Part shown: one piece after another, positions 28,995 through 38,902 of the stretch
Layout: each line of letters opens with the position of its first letter
How positions within the stretch are numbered: position 1 is the stretch's first letter
Assembly: GCA_029856145.1 (NCBI GenBank)
Contig: JAHQWK010000008.1
Location: 135,007 to 199,006, forward strand
Source: Promethearchaeia archaeon
GTDB lineage: Archaea > Asgardarchaeota > Lokiarchaeia > Sigyniarchaeales > SOKP01
Direction: 5' to 3'
Length of the DNA stretch: 64,000 bases
Notes under the pieces: generated by a model
The model's input: the letters and a program-made list of their open reading frames with translations, nothing else
Databases searched by the model: none
What the model was told of the DNA's origin: nothing
Made by a program: the position numbers and the translations under genes

Positions 28995-30203
28995 ATGTCT
29001 TCTACATTACAACCTCAGAAAAATAAATTCAATAGACATTTGATAATTATTTTTATTATTATGTTTACTGAAGTGCTGGGCTTCAGTATGGTTTTACCCA
29101 TATTACCCTTTTTAGGGTTATCATTAGGTTTAAACGCTTTTCAAGTAGGTTTAATTATGAGTTTTTTTAGTTTTAGTCAGTTATTTGCAAGCCCTATTAC
29201 AGGTAAGCTTAGCGATCGTTTTGGTAGGAAACCTATTCTATTAATAAGTCAGACTAGTACCTTAATTGGATTTTTACTTCTTGGCTTTGCGAATTCTGTC
29301 TGGCTCTTAGTTGCTGCACGGCTTATTGATGGGCTTATAGGTAGTAATATGACTGTGAGCCAAGCATATATTAGCGATGTAACCTCTCCGCAAAATCGAA
29401 CAAAAATTTATGGATATTCAAGTGCAGTCTTCGGAGCAGGGCTAATTTTTGGTCCCGTTATTGGCGGAACATTATCAACAATTAACTACTCCATTCCTAT
29501 GCTGTTTGCGGCTGGAATAAGCCTAATCTCTATAATTTTAGTGATATCATTCTTACCAGAATCATTGTCATTAAAAAAGGAGAAATTTAAATTTAAATTT
29601 AATGAAATTATTCCCTTCGATGAAGCAAGACGCTTTTTCAAAGATTCAAATGTGCGAAAGCTCTTATTGCTCTTCTTTATCTATAATTTCGGATTTATGC
29701 TTTTTATATCAAGTTTCACATTATTTGCAAAAGAACAAGTACAAATTACTGCTCAAGAAGTTGGATTCTTAATGGCATGGATTGGTATTTTAAGAGTAAT
29801 TTTTCAGAGTCTTCTTATCAATCCCATTCAGAATAAATTTGGTGAGGATTCAGCACTGTCAATGGGTATAATTTCAATGGTATTTACCATGGTAATACTT
29901 GTTTTTACAACAAATTATGTCTTTGCATATATTCCCCTTATTTTTATCGCATTTGGAACTGGTGTGTGTCGGCCAATTTTTACAAGTAAATTGACAAAAA
30001 GTGTAACTAAAGAAGAAACTGGTAGTGTTTTAGGTGTGAATAATGCTTTATCCAGTATTGGACAAATAATTACACCAATTTTAGGTGGAGCACTCATTCA
30101 ATATCTTCCTTCCCACTTTCTCCCGGCTCTGTCAGCAACTTTTTTCGCTATATTACTCATTCAATGGATAAAAGGATCAAAAAATTCTCAAATATATAAT
30201 TAG
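28995..30203 (+). CDS. MFS transporter (TetA/DHA1-like)
   Basis: Motif A GKLSDRFGRKP, AYISDVT, G.G.IFGP.IGG, ~12 TM; ATG 28995 preferred over TTG 28911. Confidence 0.93.
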   Translation: MSSTLQPQKNKFNRHLIIIFIIMFTEVLGFSMVLPILPFLGLSLGLNAFQVGLIMSFFSFSQLFASPITGKLSDRFGRKPILLISQTSTLIGFLLLGFANSVWLLVAARLIDGLIGSNMTVSQAYISDVTSPQNRTKIYGYSSAVFGAGLIFGPVIGGTLSTINYSIPMLFAAGISLISIILVISFLPESLSLKKEKFKFKFNEIIPFDEARRFFKDSNVRKLLLLFFIYNFGFMLFISSFTLFAKEQVQITAQEVGFLMAWIGILRVIFQSLLINPIQNKFGEDSALSMGIISMVFTMVILVFTTNYVFAYIPLIFIAFGTGVCRPIFTSKLTKSVTKEETGSVLGVNNALSSIGQIITPILGGALIQYLPSHFLPALSATFFAILLIQWIKGSKNSQIYN

Positions 30204-30394
30204 CACCCTCATCGTCAAAATATACACTTGAAATAATAAGTCTTATCGTTTATATCGAAAAATGATGATATCTTAATTTCAAGAAGAACTTTTAAATAGG
30301 TTGAAATAATTAAAGTCTTAGTACAAGGATTTGTACATGAATGTCCAATGATTAGAAAATTTCAAATCAAAAAAATTTTTGAAGGTGATAATTT

Positions 30395-30691
30395 ATGGGT
30401 AAATATTTAGTATTATGGGAAGTAGATTGGACCAAAATTCCAATCAATCGAAAAGAAAGAGGTATGGGCTGGAATGCTTTATTAGTCTTAGTTAAGAAAG
30501 ATATAGAACAGGGTATACAAAAGGATTGGGGTGGTTTTGTAGGCGAAACAAAGGGTTATGGCATTATAGAAGCATCTGAAGTTGAAATTGGTAAACAATT
30601 ACAAAAATATGTTCCGTTTACCAAATTTGAAGTAAAAGCAATCGCAACAGTGGATCAAGTTCAAGAAGTTATAGATGATTTAAAAAAGTAA
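30395..30691 (+). CDS. Small ferredoxin-like fold protein (DUF3303-like)
   Basis: KYLVLWE...DWGGFVGETKGYGIIE...YVPF..FEV; GGTGA SD upstream. Confidence 0.7.
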   Translation: MGKYLVLWEVDWTKIPINRKERGMGWNALLVLVKKDIEQGIQKDWGGFVGETKGYGIIEASEVEIGKQLQKYVPFTKFEVKAIATVDQVQEVIDDLKK

Positions 30692-30818
30692 ATTATACTT
30701 TGCTAAATAAGCCAAATAAACCTTTCTAACTTCATTTTTTTTTGTGAATTATTATATTTCTCCTTTTTTTTATTGAAAATTCCATTCATAAAATTAAGGA
30801 AGAATTGAAAAAAATTGT

Positions 30819-31160
30819 TTACAAAATACTTTTAATCTTTTTTGCTAACTCCTGAGCTCCCTCATCGGCACTCTCGAGAATCTTAAACATCTCCTCAGGG
30901 GCGACAATTAAGGCAGCATCAAGAAGCTTTTGAAGACCAATAACCGTGTTAATGCGCTCATTCTTTTGTAAATGGAAAATTACCATCCCCAATTGGTTTT
31001 TGAGCTTTCCTTTCTCCGATTCTAATGCCAACCGTAAAAGTGCAGGACAGACCTCCTCTATCGTCTCTCGACTTACCCTGCGAGCATACTCATAAATTTC
31101 GCTCCTTTGGACATCAGTTAGCTGTTCAACCTTCTCTTCTATTTTCGAAATTTGTTCCAT
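30819..31160 (-). CDS. Hypothetical all-helical protein
   Basis: 113-aa ORF with SD-like GGATGTGAG upstream; the partial paralogue at 26.8 kb supports coding status. Confidence 0.85.
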   Translation of the reverse strand: MEQISKIEEKVEQLTDVQRSEIYEYARRVSRETIEEVCPALLRLALESEKGKLKNQLGMVIFHLQKNERINTVIGLQKLLDAALIVAPEEMFKILESADEGAQELAKKIKSIL

Positions 31161-31253
31161 TTTTCTTACTCACATCCTACTTTTTTGATTTTTTTATTTT
31201 GTTTTTTAATAATTTTTGACTAATTACTTTATTATCACTCTCATATTTAAATG

Positions 31254-31710
31254 TTTTCGGTCAAAAAAGAGAATAATTTTCGCGGATTCTGTCAAAATAG
31301 AAATTTTAGTATTTATTTATTCTACAAAATGACGAAAAAATGATCATTTGATCTTTTGGGATGTTTATGGGCAAAATCCAATTTTCAGTATTTTTTGCTT
31401 AGAATTAAAGAGACAAATTCGGAACGCATTCGACCGAAAATGGCAAACTATGGTGGGCAAAGTAATTTTTCGGTCATATGACGACAAAAAGATGATCAAT
31501 AATAGACATAACTTTTTGATACACTAATGAAATCAATCACAACTGCCGTTTTTCGTCACTAAAAATTAATATTATTGTGCTTTATGAATTTTTAAACTCG
31601 ATAAAATTTGTGATAATATTCATAAATTTTGGTGCAATTATGTAAAAGAACGATCGTTCTGACTATACAAATGATCGAAAAAAGCAGTTACTTAAATATG
31701 ATCGTTCGTA
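31254..31710. promoter_or_regulatory. Divergent intergenic region with an array of TTTTCG(G)TCA sites and GATC-centred palindromes
   Basis: Six motif copies in both orientations; perfect palindromes AAATGATCATTT (31338-31349) and AGAACGATCGTTCT (31647-31660). Confidence 0.55.
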
Positions 31711-31749
31711 TATATTAATTGAAAACAAAAAAATAAATGAGGGAATAAG

Positions 31750-32019
31750 ATGGGTCAAATAAATTATACTGGAAAATTGGATGATGTAATGGAATATTAT
31801 GTAAAAATTAGAGAAGCCTTAACAGGGTTATCCGATATTATTAATATTAATTTTAATGAGAAGGACTTCTATCATCAAGCTGCTTTTGATAATTTAAAGG
31901 CCTTACATGATAATATGGTAAAAGTCTTAAATACTTCGTTTACGACTCGTGAGATTCGAATGCGATTGCGGGAGTTAGAATTTGACGAGAAGGAAGCTGA
32001 AATAGTTTTTCCTTTATAA
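31750..32019 (+). CDS. Hypothetical helical protein
   Basis: 89-aa ORF with SD GAGGGA and upstream TATA-like TTAAATA. Confidence 0.8.
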   Translation: MGQINYTGKLDDVMEYYVKIREALTGLSDIININFNEKDFYHQAAFDNLKALHDNMVKVLNTSFTTREIRMRLRELEFDEKEAEIVFPL

Positions 32020-32508
32020 ATTTTCTAAATTTTATTTTTAGCTTGTTTTTTGATTTATATTTTGGATTTTATTATTTTTAAGAGATGATTTCTTAATGAT
32101 ATATTCAAGATAATGAGGAGAATAGTTTTATTTTCGACACCCTATAATAACGACAACTTTCATGAAATCTTGAAATTGATATTTCCATCCGTCCAGACCT
32201 AAGAAGATATTCTATTTAAGCGATGGGAATAGAAGTTATTAGGACACTTATAGATTTGAAACTTGATATTGGGTATCCCTCACAAAAATACGATTATCAG
32301 TTTGGTTTAGCGTGTTTTAAATGAAACTTTCGATTTATGATCAAATTTATTTTGCAACGATAGACAATTTTTATTTTCCTTATGATTATTATTTTTAATA
32401 TTCTTCTTTTCGAAAACATTACATTTTATAATTCAAAATAATAAATATCTTGATTAATTTCAATACTTAATATTAAAAAATTACTTTTTATAAAACACTG
32501 TGAAAAAA

Positions 32509-33180
32509 ATGGTTGTTATAACTACTAAAAAGCCAGTTGATGAAGTTCTTAATATTCTGAAGGATAGTGATGTTAATAAGGTGTTTCTTGTAAGTTGTGG
32601 GGTTTGTTCAGCGTTATGTCAAACAGGTGGCGAACAAGGCTTAGAGGAATGGAAAAAAATCTTAGAGAATGAAGGATTTGATATAGTTAATGGCATAGTT
32701 GTGGATGATGTCTGTGATAATAGGGAAATGGCAAAAGCTATACGTAAAAATGATGCTGACGTCCAAGAAGCTGATACTATTGTTACTTTAAGCTGTGGAC
32801 TTGGTGTTCAATCTATAGTTCAAGTGCTTTCTAAGAAATATCCTGAAAAGAACGTTTTTGTTACAAATAATACAGAATTTATGGGTATGACGGAGAGGAT
32901 CGGTAGATTTTATATGCGATGTTTAGGATGTGGAGATTGCCTTCTAAATGACACAGGAGGAATCTGTCCTATAACAACATGTGCAAAAGCATTAATGAAT
33001 GGACCATGTGGAGGTATGGTTAATGGCAAATGTGAGGTTGGCAATTATGAAAACGATTGTGGATGGGTTCTAATTTATAAACGTTTAAAAGAAATTGGAA
33101 GGCTGGATTTGTTTAAGAAGTTAAGAGAACCAAGAGATTGGAGTAATTCTGGGCATCAACGAGAGGTAGTATGGAGGTAG
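32509..33180 (+). CDS. metV: MetV, second copy
   Basis: SCGVC..LC.TGG, LSCGLG, CLGCGDC.L..TGGICP...CAK.LMNGPCGG; ATG 32509 preferred over GTG 32500. Confidence 0.92.
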   Translation: MVVITTKKPVDEVLNILKDSDVNKVFLVSCGVCSALCQTGGEQGLEEWKKILENEGFDIVNGIVVDDVCDNREMAKAIRKNDADVQEADTIVTLSCGLGVQSIVQVLSKKYPEKNVFVTNNTEFMGMTERIGRFYMRCLGCGDCLLNDTGGICPITTCAKALMNGPCGGMVNGKCEVGNYENDCGWVLIYKRLKEIGRLDLFKKLREPRDWSNSGHQREVVWR

Positions 33181-33187
33181 AATCAAA

Positions 33188-34120
33188 ATGGCAGAAAAAA
33201 AAATATATTCAAAATTAGGTGAAATGCTTGCCAAGGGAGAATTTATTTTAACAGGGGAACTTGAACCTGAGAAAACATGTGATTTATCGCACACTATTCA
33301 AGAAGCTAAGGAAATGGCTCCGTATGTAGTTGCTGCGAATGTTACTGATAGTCCTCTTGGAATCGTTACAATAAACAGTATGGCTGCTTCTCATATAATA
33401 CAAAAGGAAGCCGGTTTAGAAGTGATTTGGCAACTCACAGTAAGAGATGTAAATAAATTAGGCATTGCTGGAATGATAATGGGCGGTCATGCCTTAGGGC
33501 TAAGGAATGTTTTATCACTCACTGGAGATCATCCTGCTCTAGGAGATATGCCAGAAACTAAACCTGTATTTGATCTTGATTCAGCAACATTAGTCAAATT
33601 AGTAAGAGAAATGGTTGATTCTGGGACTATAAATGGTCATGAAATTGAAAATCCTCCTACTTTTCATGTAGGTGCCGCTGCAAATCCAAATTCAGATCCT
33701 ATGGAATCAGAAATTTTAAAGATCGGAAGGAAAGCCGAAGCTGGGTGTGAATTCATACAGACACAAGTTGTTTACGATTTAGACAGAACTATTGAATTTT
33801 TAACTGAGATTAATAAGTATAATGTACCCATTCTCTTAGGTATCTTTCCTATGAAGAGCTATGGTATTGCAAAGGGTTTTGATACTTTTGTACCAGGCGT
33901 AGATGTTCCAAAAGATATATTGGCTAAATGGAAAAATATCAAAACTGAATTTAAAACCGATAAGGCAGAACAAAAAAGAATGTACGACCAAGCGAATTAT
34001 GAATTTTTCAAACCATTTATTTCTGAACTTAAGAAAAAAGGTTTATTAGCTGGTGTACATTGTATGGCGGTTCATTACCCACGAATTTTTCCCAAATTAA
34101 TGGATGTAATTCAAGCTTAA
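33188..34120 (+). CDS. metF: MetF, second copy
   Basis: TGELEPEK, NVTDSP, QLTVRD.N, LTGDHP, FDLDS, FIQTQ, GVHCM. Confidence 0.93.
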   Translation: MAEKKIYSKLGEMLAKGEFILTGELEPEKTCDLSHTIQEAKEMAPYVVAANVTDSPLGIVTINSMAASHIIQKEAGLEVIWQLTVRDVNKLGIAGMIMGGHALGLRNVLSLTGDHPALGDMPETKPVFDLDSATLVKLVREMVDSGTINGHEIENPPTFHVGAAANPNSDPMESEILKIGRKAEAGCEFIQTQVVYDLDRTIEFLTEINKYNVPILLGIFPMKSYGIAKGFDTFVPGVDVPKDILAKWKNIKTEFKTDKAEQKRMYDQANYEFFKPFISELKKKGLLAGVHCMAVHYPRIFPKLMDVIQA

Positions 34121-34242
34121 AAGCATTAAGTTTTTTTTTTTATTTTTATATTTATTTAAGATTATAAAATTTTGATATCTTTCCCAACTTTTAAGTTAAT
34201 GCTCTAAAAAAAAAGTGAAATTAGAGATTTCTTAAGATTAAT

Positions 34243-35835
34243 TTATCTCTTCTTTTTATATAATGCTACTGATATTACTCCTATTGACAGAATTCCAATG
34301 ATTATAGAAGCTACGAGAAATGCATTTGGTAGAATTCCATTATTATTACTATTCTCATTTGGAGGAATTTCAACGACAATACATTCACAATTTGAGAGTA
34401 TATGACCGTATTCATTGTAAGCTACAACTAAATAATAATAAACTGCATTTTGCATATTTTCTACGTTATATGAATTGCCAGTTAAATCCGATTCAATTAA
34501 AGTAAGGCTCTGGTTTAGTTCGATTATCTTATTATGATACCAATATAATGAGTATGTATCTGCTTTAGCTGAATCTGTCCAACTTAGAGTATAATTTCCA
34601 TCATCGTCAGGAGAATCTGCATCTGAAGTTAATTCAAAACTTTCTGGTAGTACACCATAATAATCCATAAGGCAATGCACCCAGTGCGATTCAGATATGA
34701 TATCAAGATCGCAATCCTTATAGATAAACTGTCCATTTATTGTTGCTCCATCAGATTGATATTTGCTTAATGTAGGTGGAAACCATAAATTCAATCCATG
34801 TGGAATTTCTCTAAATTGGCGGCTATGTGCTTCAGCTATAAGCGAATTATTATATATTTGTTCGAATTTTTGTATTGCATTCTGAAGGTCAGGATCAGGT
34901 ATGAATTGAAGATCATTAAAGAATGTATATACATCTACCATATAATTTGTGCTTGCAATGACACCATCAGGCCCTAGAAGTGAATGATCTCTAGCTGGTG
35001 CTACAATATTTCTATATTGTTCCATTTTATCCTTAAGGATTTCAGTGACCTTACTAAAAGCATCTCCAACTATCTCTATGTTTGACATATTAAAAGCTGA
35101 AATTGTAACACAATCTTGAAGGGGATATTCATTATAATATATATCAACAATTTCTTCTGCAAATTCTACTGGTTGAATCTCCGGGTTTTGAGTAAGGTTA
35201 CCTAATATTATATCGTAAGGTATACCTGCGGAGGGAATTGAAGATTCTGAAGCAACCATATAAGAAACAACATCTCTTAGCTCATATGCAACTTCTAATG
35301 AAGCCATTGATTCACCATCTAGCAATAAGAGATCAATCTCATTTCCTTTCAGAGCATCAACAAATCCGTTAGTATTCATAATTAGATTATCATTTGTTTC
35401 ATCCAAGCAAATACCTCTCCAACCAAATCCATGATCCTTAATAGAGAGCATTATTTTTTCACTAGGATAATTTTCTATACCATAATGAATAAATTCTTCT
35501 AGAACCAAGGGATTTGCAGTGTTTTTTTCGCCAAAACTCATTACAAGAGAGCGTTCATTGTTAATTATTTCATATATCCATGCACCTTCAGAGGACAATT
35601 TATCAACCATTATAACAATTTTAATTCCTTCTTCAGAAGTATTAATTTCTTCTAAATTCAATAATAAATCTTCAATTTGATTCTCAAGATCATTATCTGC
35701 TACAAAATATATTAAAATAGTCCATTCACTTTCAAGATTTTCTTCGTTATTTTCGGTTCCAATGACTGTGGTAAATGATATATTTATAGCCAATACTAAA
35801 ATTATTAGAATAGTAAAAATATCTCTTTTTTTCAT
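34243..35835 (-). CDS. Clostripain (C11)-family surface protein with FN3-like domain and C-terminal TM anchor; catalytic Cys replaced
   Basis: Signal peptide, WTILIY..ADNDL, DHG.GW.G.C.D, LDGESM..LEVAYEL, ASE, GL..WFP, C-terminal TM + KKKR. Confidence 0.85.
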   Translation of the reverse strand: MKKRDIFTILIILVLAINISFTTVIGTENNEENLESEWTILIYFVADNDLENQIEDLLLNLEEINTSEEGIKIVIMVDKLSSEGAWIYEIINNERSLVMSFGEKNTANPLVLEEFIHYGIENYPSEKIMLSIKDHGFGWRGICLDETNDNLIMNTNGFVDALKGNEIDLLLLDGESMASLEVAYELRDVVSYMVASESSIPSAGIPYDIILGNLTQNPEIQPVEFAEEIVDIYYNEYPLQDCVTISAFNMSNIEIVGDAFSKVTEILKDKMEQYRNIVAPARDHSLLGPDGVIASTNYMVDVYTFFNDLQFIPDPDLQNAIQKFEQIYNNSLIAEAHSRQFREIPHGLNLWFPPTLSKYQSDGATINGQFIYKDCDLDIISESHWVHCLMDYYGVLPESFELTSDADSPDDDGNYTLSWTDSAKADTYSLYWYHNKIIELNQSLTLIESDLTGNSYNVENMQNAVYYYLVVAYNEYGHILSNCECIVVEIPPNENSNNNGILPNAFLVASIIIGILSIGVISVALYKKKR

Positions 35836-36055
35836 TATAAGACATCTCAATTTTTTATTTACATTATTAATTGGTTCTGTTTTTCAACGTGAAAAATTCA
35901 TTTAAAATCATTAAGGTATAATTTTTCCCATTATTGTAAAATTATTTTTATTTGAAAGAGGTAAATAGTTAGTGGGATTAATTAAGTAATCATTAATTCC
36001 ATTTTGAGAAATATGACTTATATAAGAAATCAAATTGATTAATAGGTGGTATTAA

Positions 36056-36295
36056 TTGAGCTCTAGGCATGAAGAACATATTGTTGGTGGAGGTAAGATT
36101 CGCAGTGTTATTTTAGTGTTAAATGATGGATTGATTTCAACTTTTACATTATTTGTTGGAGTTGTAGTCGCTATATTGGTCTCAACAGGTAGTAATTCCA
36201 TTGTTATTTTAACAGGATTTGCCGTTATGGTTTCAGGAGCTATTAGCATGGGATTTGTGTATATTGTAGCACTTTATTTAAATATAATAAAGTAA
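36056..36295 (+). pseudogene. Truncated VIT1/CCC1 iron/manganese transporter
   Basis: IRSVIL..NDGLISTF...GV...SGAISMG matches the VIT1 N-terminal TMs, but the ORF ends at 79 aa overlapping the convergent gene. Confidence 0.75.
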
Positions 36296-37300
36296 TTTTC
36301 CATTTTTTTCAATTGTTTTTACTTTGTTTTGAGCTTCAAGATAAAAAAGATGTCCTAAAACTTCGCTTAAAGCCATATAAGAATTCATTTCGTCTAAATC
36401 TTCTCCAAAATGGATTTGAGAAATTCTATAGGCTGTTAATGGATTATCTTTAATTACACTTGAGATCTCCTTTAATCTATTTATATGATGTTTTTTGATT
36501 TCTAGAATCCGTTCATGGGGATTGTAAATTATCTCTTGGTGAGCAGGAAAAATTATATTTGGATCTAAACTGTCAATTTTATCTAATGAGGTTAGGTAAT
36601 GCTTTAAAATATTATTAAAATCATGATCTTTATATTTTTCTGCCATATCAGTAGGAATTATGAAATTCCCTATGTGAGGAGTAATTCGGCTCAAAATATG
36701 GTCACCAGAAAAGAGATACTTTTTCTTTTTATCAAAAATACAAATGTGGCCAAAACTATGTCCTGGAGTCCAAATAATTTCTAAATTATCAAATAAAATG
36801 TCTCCATCGTGTACTATAATATCAGGTTTTTGATACTGTAAGAATTTTGACCAGTATGTAAAAAACTGAACGATTCTATTTCCTTGTTCTTCACTTATTC
36901 CATATTTTATCAATTGGTTTGCAGTTGCTCTAGCTTCTTGTTCTAATTCTTTTAAGTTCGCATCATTAGTTTCCCATTTTAATAGTTCATGAGTTATATC
37001 ATGCATTAAAATTTTAAGCTTAGGATTCTTTTGTTTGAGAATTGGTACTAAAGATATGTGATCTAGATGAAGATGAGATATTATGCAATAGTCAATATCT
37101 TGAATTGAAATGTTTATTTCTTTGAAGGCAGAAAATAATTTTTTTTTCCAGTTTCCCATATTTAAACCAGAGTCAATCAAGACTTTTTTATCTTCAATAT
37201 TAAAAAGATAAAGACATACAAACTTAACGGGAAAAGGTACATCTATTTTAATTTGATAGATCCCTTCAATTTCATTCACTTCAAATTTAGAACTCGACAA
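36278..37300 (-). CDS. Metallo-beta-lactamase-fold hydrolase
   Basis: LIDSG, SHLHLDH, TPGHS.GH, SGDHIL..ITP, PAH. Confidence 0.93.
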   Translation of the reverse strand: MSSSKFEVNEIEGIYQIKIDVPFPVKFVCLYLFNIEDKKVLIDSGLNMGNWKKKLFSAFKEINISIQDIDYCIISHLHLDHISLVPILKQKNPKLKILMHDITHELLKWETNDANLKELEQEARATANQLIKYGISEEQGNRIVQFFTYWSKFLQYQKPDIIVHDGDILFDNLEIIWTPGHSFGHICIFDKKKKYLFSGDHILSRITPHIGNFIIPTDMAEKYKDHDFNNILKHYLTSLDKIDSLDPNIIFPAHQEIIYNPHERILEIKKHHINRLKEISSVIKDNPLTAYRISQIHFGEDLDEMNSYMALSEVLGHLFYLEAQNKVKTIEKNGKLLYYI

Positions 37301-37461
37301 TGTTAACGCATTTAATATCCTTACTTTTTTAGGTAAAACTTTGAGAATTTTTGTACTTTCTTATATCAATATTAAGAATTGATGTGACAAAAAATTAAAA
37401 ATTATAAGCTTAGAAAATATAATAATCAATAATCCATCGAGATTCTATATTTCAGAAAATA

Positions 37462-38082
37462 ATGCCAGAAATGAATGGATTAATTAAGCTCTCAAAAAAA
37501 CATATCAAACCTGCTTCTCACGTATTATCTAGGGCCTTTCAGAATGATCCAGTAATTCGTTGGCAAATTTCTGATGTAAATAAAAGATTATCTAATCTTC
37601 ACTATTTCTGGGAATTCGTGCTTCAGATTGGAATCAAATACGGTGAAGTATATGGCACCTCCGAAGATTTAGAAGGAATTGCAGTATGGCGGCCTCCCAA
37701 AAAAGTAAATCTCTCTTATTGGAAATATGTTAAAAATGGCGCAATCAAATTACCGTTTAAATTTGGAATCAAAGCTACAAAACGAATAACATTTTTTCAA
37801 GCGGTTAACGATTCTATACGAAATATCTATATGAAAGTTCCATATTGGTACTTAGGACCGATAGGTGTAGATCCAAAGTATCAAGGAAAAGGTTTTGCAG
37901 GTATGCTCCTAAGACCAATGTTAAGAAGGATAGATAAGGAAAATTTACCAATTTGGTTAGAAACTAATTTAGAGAGAAATATATCTTTTTACCAGCATTT
38001 TGATTTTTATATACTTGAGGAAATTATTATACCTAAGACAAATATAGTTAATTGGTTTATGATTAGAGAAAGTGAGACTTAA
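37462..38082 (+). CDS. GNAT N-acetyltransferase
   Basis: AF.NDP, WYL..IGVDP.YQGKG.A, WLET....N..FY.HF.F. Confidence 0.92.
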   Translation: MPEMNGLIKLSKKHIKPASHVLSRAFQNDPVIRWQISDVNKRLSNLHYFWEFVLQIGIKYGEVYGTSEDLEGIAVWRPPKKVNLSYWKYVKNGAIKLPFKFGIKATKRITFFQAVNDSIRNIYMKVPYWYLGPIGVDPKYQGKGFAGMLLRPMLRRIDKENLPIWLETNLERNISFYQHFDFYILEEIIIPKTNIVNWFMIRESET

Positions 38083-38121
38083 ATCAGTTAATATAAAAAA
38101 AATAAAAAATAAATTTATAGA

Positions 38122-38901
38122 TTAAAATTTGGTTTTTTTCTGAAAAATTAAGATACCAATTAATATGAAAGCTGCTGTATATGCTATAACAATTAAAAGT
38201 CCACCTAGTAATGTAATTGGAATTTGCTGAGCAGTTGTACCTATTAATGAACTATTATACAAAGGATCAAATAATCCATCACCCAATACAGTTATTTGAA
38301 GAAAAATTTGTTTTGCCCAGAAAGGAGGGGTGAAAAATACAATTGGACTTTCAAATGGCCATAGACTTCCCGAAAGAAACAAAATTGGCATGTAATAGAA
38401 TAACGAAATTGCATTTGCTATTTCGGGGGTTTTTGCTATTCCTGAGATAATGATACCAATTCCAACAGATGAAATACCGAATAAAATCGCAATGAAGAAA
38501 CCAATAAATAATTCTAAAATGCCTTTATATGGGACTTGGAGCACACCATACCCAAGTATGAACATGATGAGAATCTGAAGCGAAATCATAAAAGTATCAG
38601 ATAATAGGGCTCCTAAAAATAAATTTTTTCTTCCTGTGGGCATTGTATCTAATCGTTCAAGCATACCAGATGTCTTATCTACTGCAAATGATATAGCCGC
38701 ACTTGTTGTACCTGCTGCGGTTGTATATATGATCATACCTGGAAAACCATATTGAAATTCCTCACGACCCAGAAAAAAGTAGAACATCAATGTAAACATA
38801 ACTGCAAAGCCTAGAGAAAAAACCATATATTGCCAATGACGTAACTTATCTTTGATATTTTTGATCGCTATTTGTATAGCCTTATTTTCTAAAAAATTCA
38901 T
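38122..38901 (-). CDS. ABC-2 type transporter permease
   Basis: 6 TM; DK.SG.LERL.TMP, FLSG..WP. Confidence 0.9.
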   Translation of the reverse strand: MNFLENKAIQIAIKNIKDKLRHWQYMVFSLGFAVMFTLMFYFFLGREEFQYGFPGMIIYTTAAGTTSAAISFAVDKTSGMLERLDTMPTGRKNLFLGALLSDTFMISLQILIMFILGYGVLQVPYKGILELFIGFFIAILFGISSVGIGIIISGIAKTPEIANAISLFYYMPILFLSGSLWPFESPIVFFTPPFWAKQIFLQITVLGDGLFDPLYNSSLIGTTAQQIPITLLGGLLIVIAYTAAFILIGILIFQKKTKF

Positions 38902-38902
38902 T

